A DNA stretch of 64,000 nucleotides, taken from the IMG/VR virus record IMGVR_UViG_3300028388_004772, positions 1 to 64,000 of that record. One strand, given 5' to 3'. The stretch comes from a virus. This document shows positions 1 through 8,516 of the stretch, piece after piece (positions within the stretch are counted from its first letter, which is position 1; every line of letters begins with the position of its first letter). The notes under the pieces are model-generated. The model did not search any database. It was not told where the DNA came from and saw only the letters and a program-made list of their open reading frames with translations. Both the position numbers and the translations under genes were made by a program.

Positions 1-86
1 TCAACCCACTTAAATGGGTTATCCCCTCCAATAGATTCATCTCGTACTCTCTTCTTGAAAGTTACGTCTGGTACTGGGGTAATCAT
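1..86 (-). CDS. Peroxiredoxin (Prx5/redoxin type), N-terminus only; runs off the window
   Basis: Hand translation from ATG at 86 gives MITPVPDVTFKKRVRDESIGGDNPFKWV..., which matches the VPxVTFxxRVRDESIGGDNPFxW N-terminus I recognise from alphaproteobacterial-type peroxiredoxins. Start overlaps the upstream stop (TAATG). Confidence 0.7.
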   Translation of the reverse strand, partial: MITPVPDVTFKKRVRDESIGGDNPFKWV

Positions 87-229
87 TATCCTTGTCCTCT
101 ATATCCCTTATATGATCTCTTCTTTGACTTATTCATAGAAGATGTCTTCGTTGTACCTCTACCAATAGAAGTACCTTTTTTAAATGATTCGGGAGTCCAT
201 GCGACTCCCGCAGATGATTTACTAGCCAT
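86..229 (-). CDS. Small basic protein, 47 aa (not in the ORF track)
   Basis: Hand translation MASKSSAGVAWTPESFKKGTSIGRGTTKTSSMNKSKKRSYKGYRGQG; resembles the short KxTSIG...SMNK..KRS.K.YRGQG proteins of T4-like phages; coupled to neighbours. Confidence 0.65.
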   Translation of the reverse strand: MASKSSAGVAWTPESFKKGTSIGRGTTKTSSMNKSKKRSYKGYRGQG

Positions 230-356
230 TTTTTAATTCTAATTCCATTTCAATAATTTGTTGTTCAAGCTTAGCTGCTTTTTTAGACTTACCTTTGACT
301 GTAGCTTTTAGAAGCTTTAACCAAAGTTTTGCCATTTGGGTTTTTGCATAACTCAT
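222..356 (-). CDS. Small hypothetical protein, 44 aa
   Basis: Hand translation MSYAKTQMAKLWLKLLKATVKGKSKKAAKLEQQIIEMELELKNG; fills the gap with tight spacing. Confidence 0.5.
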   Translation of the reverse strand: MSYAKTQMAKLWLKLLKATVKGKSKKAAKLEQQIIEMELELKNG

Positions 357-357
357 T

Positions 358-462
358 TTATTTAAACGCCTCTATAACGAATAATATTATAGCATAAAGT
401 GCAATTCCATAAGGGACTGACATAAGAATCCAGTCAGTCCAATGGTTTTTCTTATTATGCAT
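358..462 (-). CDS. Small single-TM membrane protein, 34 aa
   Basis: Hand translation MHNKKNHWTDWILMSVPYGIALYAIILFVIEAFK; one hydrophobic stretch; overlaps the peptidase stop. Confidence 0.45.
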   Translation of the reverse strand: MHNKKNHWTDWILMSVPYGIALYAIILFVIEAFK

Positions 463-838
463 TAATACCTTCAGCATACTGTGTTTTACCATCTACACGA
501 GATGCAGTTAGAATAGATTTACGATTAGATCCATCAGCTTTGTATGATACATGTACCCAGCCACTATCAGGGATACCAGGAGTATAAAACTCGAGAATGA
601 GCTGATCGAAGTCAAGATTATCTCTAATCCACTCAGCAACTTCCGCGTTAGGAACCCCTGGGACTTCAATATCTGCAGCTTCACCCTTGCAATGCTGAGA
701 TCGAGAAGATCCCCCCACAGCATCATTAAGCTCGGGAGAGCGATAACCACTATTAAGCACAGTTGGACCAAAATGGTCACGAACTTTTTGAACCACGTTT
801 TCAAACACATTATATTCTTCTTCAGTATAAGGCCACAT
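455..838 (-). CDS. Peptidase M15A family (Zn D-Ala-D-Ala peptidase, endolysin-like) with an atypical short N-terminus
   Basis: Motifs SGYRSPELN..VGGS..SQHCKGEAAD, DQLILEF and WVHVSY; likely start MWPYTEEE at 838. Confidence 0.85.
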   Translation of the reverse strand: MWPYTEEEYNVFENVVQKVRDHFGPTVLNSGYRSPELNDAVGGSSRSQHCKGEAADIEVPGVPNAEVAEWIRDNLDFDQLILEFYTPGIPDSGWVHVSYKADGSNRKSILTASRVDGKTQYAEGINA

Positions 839-842
839 TGTA

Positions 843-1064
843 TTAGTCCTTCTTAGATACGAAGGCATACATTTCCTTAGCCTTTTCCATTAAATCATCC
901 ATTGAGTACATTTTGTACATTTCTTGTACTTCTTCAACGGATTTTTTTCCTGCTTCTAATGCTTTCTCAGCAAATGCGACATTCATGTGATACTGTTGAT
1001 CCATGTAGTCTTTTGCCAGTGCTAGCATTTCAGTACGGATTTCAAATGGATTTTTGTTCGACAT
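843..1064 (-). CDS. Conserved hypothetical phage protein, 73 aa
   Basis: MSNKNPFEIRTEMLALAKDY...; AGGAG RBS upstream of ATG at 1064. Confidence 0.7.
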   Translation of the reverse strand: MSNKNPFEIRTEMLALAKDYMDQQYHMNVAFAEKALEAGKKSVEEVQEMYKMYSMDDLMEKAKEMYAFVSKKD

Positions 1065-1167
1065 AACTTTGTCTCCTGTGTGTGTATGTGTCCAATACGG
1101 ACTTATGTTTTGCGTGAGCATTTCCAACAGTGCATAGGATAACCATTAAGAATATCCCAAAGTAGAA

Positions 1168-1392
1168 CTACTCACGCTCCTTTACAACATCGCCCATAAT
1201 TTGTTGGACGATATCATGATGCGACATATGCTTAAAGTCTTTATTGTGTGACTTTAAACTAACCGCAATCTCTGTTGCTGCCTGTAGTTGGCGAGCTCTA
1301 ATAAATGCATTACCGATACCAACAAAGAACTCAATAACCTTCTTCAGTGAGAAAGTGTTGGCTGTTGTTAGTCTGATCATCTGTGTTGTCAT
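1168..1392 (-). CDS. Hypothetical protein, 74 aa, overlapping the hsp20 3' end
   Basis: MTTQMIRLTTANTF... preceded by a GAGGAG RBS inside hsp20. Confidence 0.6.
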   Translation of the reverse strand: MTTQMIRLTTANTFSLKKVIEFFVGIGNAFIRARQLQAATEIAVSLKSHNKDFKHMSHHDIVQQIMGDVVKERE

Positions 1393-1819
1393 GTGTGACT
1401 CCTCGTGAATTGATTTCAATTGTACGAGGACGCATTTCTTCTGGGACAACTACTTCCAATTCGATGGCAAGAATGCCGTCCGTAAGATCTGCTCCATTTA
1501 CCTGAACATATTCAGACAAACGAAAGTTCTTTTCAAACCGTTTAGTTGAAATACCACGATGGATATAATCACGTCCGCGATTATCATGTTTACCCACTAC
1601 TCTTAACGATCTATCTTTTACAACTACATCGAGCTCATCGCGATTGAAACCTGCAACCGCCAGTTCAATTAAATAGTTGTGGTCGTCGACTTTGACGATA
1701 TTGTGAGGGGGATATTGATCATTTGCATTTCGTGCAACTCGATCAAGCTCATCAAAAAGATGATCGAATCCAACAAATGCTGAACGAGGGAAGAGAGTAT
1801 TTACACCTTGTGTTGTCAT
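1331..1819 (-). CDS. hsp20: Small heat shock protein Hsp20 (IbpA-like)
   Basis: VGFDHLFDEL, YPPHNIVK, IELAVAGF, YIHRGIS, GADLTDGILAIEL..VVPEE.RPR.IEI alpha-crystallin domain motifs. Confidence 0.95.
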   Translation of the reverse strand: MTTQGVNTLFPRSAFVGFDHLFDELDRVARNANDQYPPHNIVKVDDHNYLIELAVAGFNRDELDVVVKDRSLRVVGKHDNRGRDYIHRGISTKRFEKNFRLSEYVQVNGADLTDGILAIELEVVVPEEMRPRTIEINSRGVTHDNTDDQTNNSQHFLTEEGY

Positions 1820-1824
1820 TATTG

Positions 1825-1874
1825 ACCTCCTATTAAAGCAAGGTTATGTTAAGGACCGGACCTATTCCGCATCC
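1825..1874 (-). promoter_or_regulatory. ROSE-like RNA thermometer in the hsp20 5' UTR
   Basis: mRNA ACCUUGCU-uuaau-AGGAGGU pairs the SD with a UUGCU motif and a bulged G; an upstream hairpin GGAUGCGGA-auagg-UCCGGUCC spans 1853-1874. Confidence 0.65.
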
Positions 1875-1984
1875 ATGATTATATATAAAGGAACTTGTAT
1901 ATTTCCAGCATATATTTGAATTTTTTTGGCTGATGGATTGGATCGGGTATCTCCCCGAACAATTCGACCATCCTTTTCAAGTGA

Positions 1985-2185
1985 TCATCTATTGTCATTG
2001 CAATCAACAGTTATGTCAACATCAAATGAGTCTGCAGCTCCATTAACTGCTTTGAGAATATTTTCAAGAGCTTCGGTTATCTCAACCAAATCAGCATTTC
2101 CGATTGCTTCTCTTAACTCTCTGACCCCTTCTTCTACGGATTCCAATTCCCGTACAATTGTATCATTATCAGGAAAGCTTGCCAT
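1985..2185 (-). CDS. Hypothetical acidic protein, 66 aa
   Basis: ORF coupled to the regA stop (TAATG). Confidence 0.55.
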   Translation of the reverse strand: MASFPDNDTIVRELESVEEGVRELREAIGNADLVEITEALENILKAVNGAADSFDVDITVDCNDNR

Positions 2186-2595
2186 TACCTTGTACCAATG
2201 TTATACTTGGGACATAGATCCCACTGATCCTTGTCCTTAAAAGAAATAATTTTAATCTGTCTTAATGGAGCAACTGGCTGTGCCTGCTGCTGATTCTCGA
2301 TTGTAATCAAACCCCAGTCAGACATTAGTGTTGCAATTGTATTGCGGCGAGCAATATCATTTTCTTCTAGGTTTGATTTCTTTCCGTCGAGCAAGAATAA
2401 TTCTTTGAAATGAACAATAAAATATCTACCCTGCTTATGTAAAATATGACAGGACTGATACAGTTTATTTTCTTTTCTTGATGCAACACCAATCCGTGTT
2501 AGTGTCTCTTTGACCTTCAAAAAATCATCTGGTTCATTAAGTGTAATCTCAAGCATTTTGCTTGGGTTCCACTCTACAAGTTTATTTTCTTCCAC
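2185..2595 (-). CDS. regA: Translational repressor RegA
   Basis: EPDDFLKVKETLTRIGVASRKENKLYQSCHILHKQGRYFIVHFKELFLLDG signature. Confidence 0.97.
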   Translation of the reverse strand: MEENKLVEWNPSKMLEITLNEPDDFLKVKETLTRIGVASRKENKLYQSCHILHKQGRYFIVHFKELFLLDGKKSNLEENDIARRNTIATLMSDWGLITIENQQQAQPVAPLRQIKIISFKDKDQWDLCPKYNIGTR

Positions 2596-2959
2596 CTTTC
2601 ACTACCTTCTTATGTAGAATAGCGATCTGTTCAGTGGAAAGTAAGGGGAGAACTTGAAGGGCTTTTTCTTCGCTGTATCCATAATACTCTTTAACTACTT
2701 CCACATCACTGCTACTATTTTTCTTATTCCATTTCGAAAAGCGTTTCCGCTTACGGATTATATTTATAAGAAAATCAAATTGGAGTTTATTATCTATCTG
2801 ATGATGGATGTTCATTTCATTAGCAGCGAGGACTGTATCCGGAAAGTAAGATAGTCCTCTGTTAACCATGAAGCTGTTGTAATCCTTTTCAGCAAGGTCA
2901 TCGACCATGATATCCTTCTTGCCATATACAATCTGATTCTGAAACTCAAATGGGCTCAT
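2582..2959 (-). CDS. gp62: Clamp loader small subunit
   Basis: Y..FMVNRGLSYFPDTVL.ANEMN...LQFDFLIN.IRKRKRFSKW, VKEYYGYS; lies between gp44 and regA; start MSPFEF at 2959. Confidence 0.93.
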   Translation of the reverse strand: MSPFEFQNQIVYGKKDIMVDDLAEKDYNSFMVNRGLSYFPDTVLAANEMNIHHQIDNKLQFDFLINIIRKRKRFSKWNKKNSSSDVEVVKEYYGYSEEKALQVLPLLSTEQIAILHKKVVKGGRK

Positions 2960-3885
2960 ACAAACTCCACATTGGCCATAATCTCTGTCATACACGCTAC
3001 AATATTTAGCTCATGGTCAGCCACGAATGCATTCTTATATTGATAGTCCGCCAAGATCAAGACGAGCTGAGGGATTGACTCGGGCTTGACCTTTTCTCCC
3101 ATTCGATCATAGATCGAGCGAAAGATAGCTGTGGCGTCAGCATCAACGTGTTGCGCTACCCATGAGCGCATCTTCTTGAAGTCCTTGGCTTTGAGATATT
3201 CTAGTAAATTCTCAAAGGATCCACTGTTATTAGAAACAGACCCAATAATACTCCCAGAAATAGAATTTCTTTGTAACTCATTTAGAATTCTCCTCCAGTC
3301 TGGAGCATGTTTCATAATTAGATCGGCTACTGTCATTTGATCATAGCTGACACCTTCTTCTTCTAGAATTCCAGTAGCACGTTTCATAAACTGAGCAGCC
3401 AACTGAGCCAACTCTTTCTTGGTTGTGTTAAATTCATACACACCACAACGTGAATGGAGTGGTTCAATGATTCTATTCTTAAAGTTACAAGTTAGAATAA
3501 ATCGACAGTTGTTTGCAAATTCCTCAATGAATCCACGTAAAGCTGGTTGAGTTGATTGTGCATTAAGATAGTCTGCCTCATCAAGGATAACTACTTTGTA
3601 TCCACCTTGTAGGGATACAGTAGATGCAAACTGTTTAATCTTTGTTCGAAGTGTATCAATATTACCTGACTCGGATGCGTTAATAATAATCCAGTCAAGG
3701 TCAAGCTCGTTACATAGAGCCTTTGCTACTGTTGTCTTGCCGAGACCAGCTGTACCAGTAAACAGCATGTTTGGTAACTCGCCGCCATCGACAATCTTTT
3801 GGAAAGTCTGCTTGAGAGTGTCTGGTAAAACACAATCAGAAATAGTCTTAGGTCGATACTTCTCGACCCACAAAAAATCATTCAT
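2956..3885 (-). CDS. gp44: Clamp loader large subunit (AAA+)
   Basis: LWVEKYRP, Walker A GTAGLGKTT, VVILDEAD, PLHSRC. Confidence 0.97.
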   Translation of the reverse strand: MNDFLWVEKYRPKTISDCVLPDTLKQTFQKIVDGGELPNMLFTGTAGLGKTTVAKALCNELDLDWIIINASESGNIDTLRTKIKQFASTVSLQGGYKVVILDEADYLNAQSTQPALRGFIEEFANNCRFILTCNFKNRIIEPLHSRCGVYEFNTTKKELAQLAAQFMKRATGILEEEGVSYDQMTVADLIMKHAPDWRRILNELQRNSISGSIIGSVSNNSGSFENLLEYLKAKDFKKMRSWVAQHVDADATAIFRSIYDRMGEKVKPESIPQLVLILADYQYKNAFVADHELNIVACMTEIMANVEFV

Positions 3886-3904
3886 TATATAACTCTCACT
3901 AATC

Positions 3905-3927
3905 AAGGGAAGGGGGCAAAGCCCCCC
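3905..3927 (-). terminator. Possible intrinsic terminator hairpin
   Basis: GGGGGC-TTT-GCCCCC stem followed by a weak pyrimidine tract (TTCCCTT) on the minus strand. Confidence 0.45.
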
Positions 3928-3930
3928 ATA

Positions 3931-4137
3931 TTACTCGTCGTCGACGTTCAGTTGATCTTCCTGTTGAAGTTGCTCAACAACAGAAATAGTTTGAACGCAC
4001 TGGTCACGGAGTTGACCAATTGTGGAGAGCTCTTCTCCTTTAAAGCCACCACGCTGTGTTACAGCATCAACGACTGCGATAGTAGAACGAGAAATACGAT
4101 TTGCAAGTTCTACAAGTTGTTTTGTCTGATCAGACAT
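3931..4137 (-). CDS. Conserved hypothetical protein, 68 aa
   Basis: RSTIAVVDAVTQRGGFKGEELSTIGQLRDQ; AGGAG RBS; lies between gp45 and gp44. Confidence 0.75.
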   Translation of the reverse strand: MSDQTKQLVELANRISRSTIAVVDAVTQRGGFKGEELSTIGQLRDQCVQTISVVEQLQQEDQLNVDDE

Positions 4138-4149
4138 TATACTAACTCC

Positions 4150-4821
4150 TTAGTTAAAAGTCGAGGTTTTCTCAACAGCAATCCAATAATTTAGATTGTG
4201 TTCCTTATGAGAGAAGTTTGAAATAAGCTTACTTGAAATACTCACATCATAATCACCTGGAAGAATCTTGAGATTCGCGATGTTTATGACAAAGTTAAAT
4301 GTGGCATCACCAAACTCACCATCGACATCGATTGAGTACTTATTCGATGTTGAGTTTTGGCTTTCAACCACCGAAAGACTGAGTACACCATCTTTGCCAG
4401 AGATAGAGACCTCTTCATGACCGAGTGTCGATGCAGCGCGCTTCAACCGATTCAGAGTGTCATTGTCGAGAGTAAACTTGACATCTGGTTCGGGCATGTT
4501 AATGTCTTTCGATGGGGTTGTCAATGTTTCTTCTGGTGACCAGAAGTACTTGACTTTAGAACGACCGCTTGAATCAGAGATGATACCAAACCCTTCGTCT
4601 AATTTTAGTCGTGGAGTATCTACGAGACCAAGAACTCCAAGAAATTCATTGAGATCATAGATGCCAATGTCTTGAGGAAACTCCTCACTAACGACTGCTG
4701 TAGCAAGTACGTTACGAGCTTCAGAAATTGTCTTAATAGTGTTACCAGAACGGATCATTAGATTCTGGTTAATAGTAGAAAAGTTCTTGAGAACCTGTAG
4801 GGTGTTATCACTTAGTTCCAT
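4150..4821 (-). CDS. gp45: DNA polymerase sliding clamp
   Basis: LS..TL.VLKNFSTINQ, GIYDLNEFL, NLKILPGDYDV.IS, YWIAVE; synteny. Confidence 0.96.
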   Translation of the reverse strand: MELSDNTLQVLKNFSTINQNLMIRSGNTIKTISEARNVLATAVVSEEFPQDIGIYDLNEFLGVLGLVDTPRLKLDEGFGIISDSSGRSKVKYFWSPEETLTTPSKDINMPEPDVKFTLDNDTLNRLKRAASTLGHEEVSISGKDGVLSLSVVESQNSTSNKYSIDVDGEFGDATFNFVINIANLKILPGDYDVSISSKLISNFSHKEHNLNYWIAVEKTSTFN

Positions 4822-4883
4822 TATTTACTCCATGTGCAATATGTAGTACATTATACATTAATTCAATTCAAAAGGATACAAAA

Positions 4884-6599
4884 TTATACGATCATCTTAC
4901 TAAAGTTTTTGTCCTTCACAAATTCAATCTTCGATCTGAACTTTCCATCCAAGATATCACCTTTATGTGATATCACAAACACATTTGTATCTTCAATAGT
5001 TGATAATATTTTCTGTAGATTCTCCACACCATCAACATCCAATGAAGAATCAAATGTCTCATCAAGAATCAAAAGATTTGTTGAGATTGAGTTCTTCATC
5101 TTGGCGATCTGTCGCCATGTAAAAAGCAGGGACAAATCGATTCGTTGTTTTTCACCCTCACTGAATGAATCATATGTAAATTCATCCCGATGGCGAGACC
5201 GAATTGTCTCCTGAAAGCTTTCATCCAGATCAAAGTGTACAAAGAAGTCGAGAATCTGTAGATACTGATTAACAAGCTTATTGATTACCGGTAAGTATTG
5301 CTTAATAATTTTTGTTTTGATACCAGTATCTTTTAGCATCTCTCCAATCACTTCGTTATATGATCTTTGCTCACTAAGGACTAACCGTTGTTCCTGATAG
5401 GAGTCTTTTTGGTCTGAAAGGCTCTGAAGTGTCTTCGTTGCTTCTGCCAAATCTCCTCCGCCTCCTTCGATTTTTCCCAGGTCACCTTTTTTAGATGCCA
5501 AACTTTCATAAATCTGTTTGAGACGTGTTGTGTTAGTAGATAGTAGATGCTGTTTGTTCGTGACTGCATCCTGTACTTTAGTCGCGACTGCAATATCTGA
5601 GTCAATTTTAATCGACTCGTCATCGATATTTTTGAGTTGCGATGTGATGCTCTTTGCATTGGCCGATGCGGCTGAAATCTTTTCGTTCCTGAGTGATTCA
5701 CTAATATCTTGGGAACATGTTGGACAAGTGCTATTCTCTTCGAAGAATTTTGTTTCTTTAACGAGGTTACGGATGTTAGATTTGAGTTCATGCTCATGTT
5801 CTTTGACTTGGGAATGCTTTTCTTGAAGCTTGAGCAATGTTGCTTGAACCTTCTCGAAATTATTCTCAATAAATTTCCCGAGCTCGTGATTCTCGTCCGT
5901 GAGTCTTGCCTGCTCTTTCTCGAGCTCAACAATCTCCGCCTTAATCTTATCAGCATATTCCTTATTCAATGCCTCTACATCTTTGATGTATTTCTTCTGT
6001 GTTTTAATCTTATCTGTAATCAAATCACACTGATATGCCACCTGATTAGATTGATCCTTCAGCTCACTATTCTTTTCTCTGAGTAGCTGATTCATCTTAC
6101 TGAATACATTAATATCCAGTAAGTCCTCGATCACATCTCGTCTATGACCAGATGCAAGTTGCATGAATGGAATAAACGATGATGATCCAAGGACAACAAC
6201 CTGATGGAATGATTTGTGAGTCAGCTTGAGAATATTCTGTTCTAAGATCTTCTGATACTCTTTAGCATGAGACGACTGATTAATCATCTCATCATTCTTC
6301 CAGATCTCAAATACAGAAGGTTTGATACCACGAACAACTTTGAAGTATGAATTTCCAACACTGAACTCAACTTCCACAACACATTGCTTCTGATTGATAG
6401 AGTTAACAAGTTGAGGTTTATTAATGTTACGATGTGGCTTACCAAACAACCCAAACGATATTGCATCGAGCATTGTTGACTTACCAGCACCATTCTGACC
6501 AACAATCAATGTTGATTGAGATCTGTCCAGTTGAATTTCGGTAAATTTATTTCCAGTACTTAAAAAGTTCTTGTATCGTACTACTTTAAACAATATCAA
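4884..6599 (-). CDS. gp46: Recombination endonuclease, SbcC/Rad50-like subunit
   Basis: YKNFLSTGN, GQNGAGKST, CPTC hook, FSEGEKQRIDL, LILDETFDSSLD, FVISH. Confidence 0.97.
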   Translation of the reverse strand: MILFKVVRYKNFLSTGNKFTEIQLDRSQSTLIVGQNGAGKSTMLDAISFGLFGKPHRNINKPQLVNSINQKQCVVEVEFSVGNSYFKVVRGIKPSVFEIWKNDEMINQSSHAKEYQKILEQNILKLTHKSFHQVVVLGSSSFIPFMQLASGHRRDVIEDLLDINVFSKMNQLLREKNSELKDQSNQVAYQCDLITDKIKTQKKYIKDVEALNKEYADKIKAEIVELEKEQARLTDENHELGKFIENNFEKVQATLLKLQEKHSQVKEHEHELKSNIRNLVKETKFFEENSTCPTCSQDISESLRNEKISAASANAKSITSQLKNIDDESIKIDSDIAVATKVQDAVTNKQHLLSTNTTRLKQIYESLASKKGDLGKIEGGGGDLAEATKTLQSLSDQKDSYQEQRLVLSEQRSYNEVIGEMLKDTGIKTKIIKQYLPVINKLVNQYLQILDFFVHFDLDESFQETIRSRHRDEFTYDSFSEGEKQRIDLSLLFTWRQIAKMKNSISTNLLILDETFDSSLDVDGVENLQKILSTIEDTNVFVISHKGDILDGKFRSKIEFVKDKNFSKMIV

Positions 6600-7647
6600 G
6601 GGATTGGGCCTCGGTCATCAAATCTTTCATTTCACCTTTGATACGATCCTTATCAAGATCAGTATCTACATTATCCACATAGGTATTCAATAGCTCAGAT
6701 GTATCCTCTACATCAATACCTGTATCTTCGACGTTTTCACCAAGAAACTCCTGGAAGTTTTCAGCTACCTTGAGCTCATAAATGTTCTGTGATTGAATCT
6801 TATCTAAGAAGCGCTCAAACGTAAATAGATCTGATTTGTTTACAACAACCACTTTGACAAACTTATGGCTAAGGTCTCCAACGTCATAGGTATTATAGTC
6901 TATTTTGGAGTCATCGTAAACAACTTTTTGGAATAAAACATTTGGATTTCTGACAGCTTCAAGCTCTCGTGTTTCAGTATCAAGTACATGGAAGTACTTT
7001 GGATCACCACAGTCGGACCATGTCAGTTCCATTTGATTACCGAGGTAATGAATATTTCCTTTGGTTGACTTAGTATGATAGTGACCTGAAAGGACCATCT
7101 CAAATCGTGAGAACAATGAGGGATCCATACCTGATGTTGCAGGCATACCACGATGCATATCGAACCCATTGAGCTCCAAGTGAGCTCCGATCATACTCGC
7201 ATCTGTGTTCTGTAACCAATCGACAGTCGAGTGATAGTTCTCATTGTTGATCCATGGGATCAAACCAAACTTCAACGAACCATATTCCATCACTGTCGGT
7301 TCCATGACAATGTGGACGTTGTTCATATAGTAACCAAGAACTTCCTTCAATGTGTTCAGTTCATTGGTATTTTTATAGTAGGTGTCATGGTTACCTGGAA
7401 TGATATCCATACACATACCATAATTCCGCAAAGGGTCGAGGAAGATCTTTCGATTATAATTCAGTGCCTTGATACTAATTGATTTTCGGTTGTCGTAATA
7501 GTCACCCAAATGAACAACCTGTTTAATATCATTTTCTAAGCAATACGGAAAGAAGACCTCCTCATAAAACTTCCTTTGATTTTCCAGAAAGATGTCAGCT
7601 GAGTTACGTACATCACAATGGGTATCATTTAAGATTGCAATTTTCAT
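6586..7647 (-). CDS. gp47: Recombination endonuclease, SbcD/Mre11-like subunit
   Basis: DTH, HLGDYYDNR, GNHD, SGHYH metallophosphoesterase motifs. Confidence 0.96.
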   Translation of the reverse strand: MKIAILNDTHCDVRNSADIFLENQRKFYEEVFFPYCLENDIKQVVHLGDYYDNRKSISIKALNYNRKIFLDPLRNYGMCMDIIPGNHDTYYKNTNELNTLKEVLGYYMNNVHIVMEPTVMEYGSLKFGLIPWINNENYHSTVDWLQNTDASMIGAHLELNGFDMHRGMPATSGMDPSLFSRFEMVLSGHYHTKSTKGNIHYLGNQMELTWSDCGDPKYFHVLDTETRELEAVRNPNVLFQKVVYDDSKIDYNTYDVGDLSHKFVKVVVVNKSDLFTFERFLDKIQSQNIYELKVAENFQEFLGENVEDTGIDVEDTSELLNTYVDNVDTDLDKDRIKGEMKDLMTEAQSLDIV

Positions 7648-7796
7648 TTTTTAGTTAGAGTCCACGTACCGTCTTCATTGTCATTCCATACTAATGTATC
7701 GCCTTCATTCCATTGCATTGCGTCCATTAGCTCATCTGGGAATACCAGATACAACTCACCGTCTGAATCTGCTTCAACAGGTGCATAATATGTCAT
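7644..7796 (-). CDS. Small AbrB/MazE-like protein, 50 aa (not in the ORF track)
   Basis: Hand translation MTYYAPVEADSDGELYLVFPDELMDAMQWNEGDTLVWNDNEDGTWTLTKK, with the L.FP.EL...L.W.EGD.L.W pattern; ATGA overlaps at both ends. Confidence 0.7.
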   Translation of the reverse strand: MTYYAPVEADSDGELYLVFPDELMDAMQWNEGDTLVWNDNEDGTWTLTKK

Positions 7797-8395
7797 TGTA
7801 AAAACTCCACTAAATCTGAGTCAGCATGAACTGCTCGTTTCTTACGTTTCTTCTCTTCTTTCGCATATTCTTTGATCTTCATATCCTGATCTTTCACCTT
7901 GTCGATCCGATCCCTTAACTGATCCACATAGCTCGTTACAGCTGAAGACCCTTCATCGGATGCATCATAACCATCAATGAAGTCTTCGATATCAGCTCTG
8001 GTCAGATATTTGATCTTAATATCTTGCTGCTTCTTCTCGCGAGAAATCCTTCGAAGAAAAGCATACCAAGCAATCTGCGTAAAGTAAGCAAATGCATTCG
8101 GTTTACCAGTGCGCGTAGCAGCTTCAATGTTGTAATTATATATTGCTTTGAGACAATTTTCAACAGCATCCATGACCATTTCTTCACGATACGTATACCG
8201 AATAAAATTATGCTTGTGGGATAGACCTTCTGAAATCCTCAGAAAGCACTCCGCAATATAATCCGGAACAATTGGTTGTGGTGCACCAGCATCTTTTGCT
8301 TTGTTAACTTCTGTTACATAATCAAGGACTGCTTGTGAGAAATCAGCGTTATTTACATAATGTATGCTTTCTTTCTTTGACACGTCAAACTCCAT
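7793..8395 (-). CDS. gp55: Late-transcription sigma factor
   Basis: HYVNNADF, YIAECFLRISEGLSHK.NF..YTYREEMVMDAVENC, NAFAYFTQI.WYAFLRRI.REKKQ. Confidence 0.96.
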   Translation of the reverse strand: MEFDVSKKESIHYVNNADFSQAVLDYVTEVNKAKDAGAPQPIVPDYIAECFLRISEGLSHKHNFIRYTYREEMVMDAVENCLKAIYNYNIEAATRTGKPNAFAYFTQIAWYAFLRRISREKKQQDIKIKYLTRADIEDFIDGYDASDEGSSAVTSYVDQLRDRIDKVKDQDMKIKEYAKEEKKRKKRAVHADSDLVEFLQ

Positions 8396-8414
8396 TTAAT
8401 AAAATACTGCGTAT

Positions 8415-8444
8415 ATTATACGCTAAAAAAATAATAAAGTAAAC
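8415..8444 (-). promoter_or_regulatory. Sigma70/T4-early-type promoter for gp55
   Basis: GTTTACT-17 nt-TATAAT on the minus strand, 20 nt upstream of the gp55 ATG. Confidence 0.7.
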
Positions 8445-8457
8445 ACTAAAATAATTG

Positions 8458-8486
8458 TTGACCAAATTTAATTCATGGTGTAAAAT
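8458..8486 (+). promoter_or_regulatory. Divergent sigma70-type promoter, antisense to the uvsW operon
   Basis: TTGACC-17 nt-TAAAAT on the plus strand; no plus-strand gene follows. Confidence 0.5.
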
Positions 8487-8516
8487 AAGATTGTTGTCTT
8501 GGGGGGAATGAATATA

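Noticed and set aside
190-210. Perfect 8-bp inverted repeat CGGGAGTC-catgc-GACTCCCG
   Set aside because: It lies inside a small ORF with no U-tract; no function can be supported.
1043-1170. The frame after the TAG at 1168 stays open (FYFGIFLMVILCTVGNAHA...), suggesting amber read-through or recoding
   Set aside because: TAG acts as a real stop elsewhere (for example 8517, and 28030 where the next gene starts 3 nt later), and core genes are not interrupted by TAG. A single case is not evidence of recoding.
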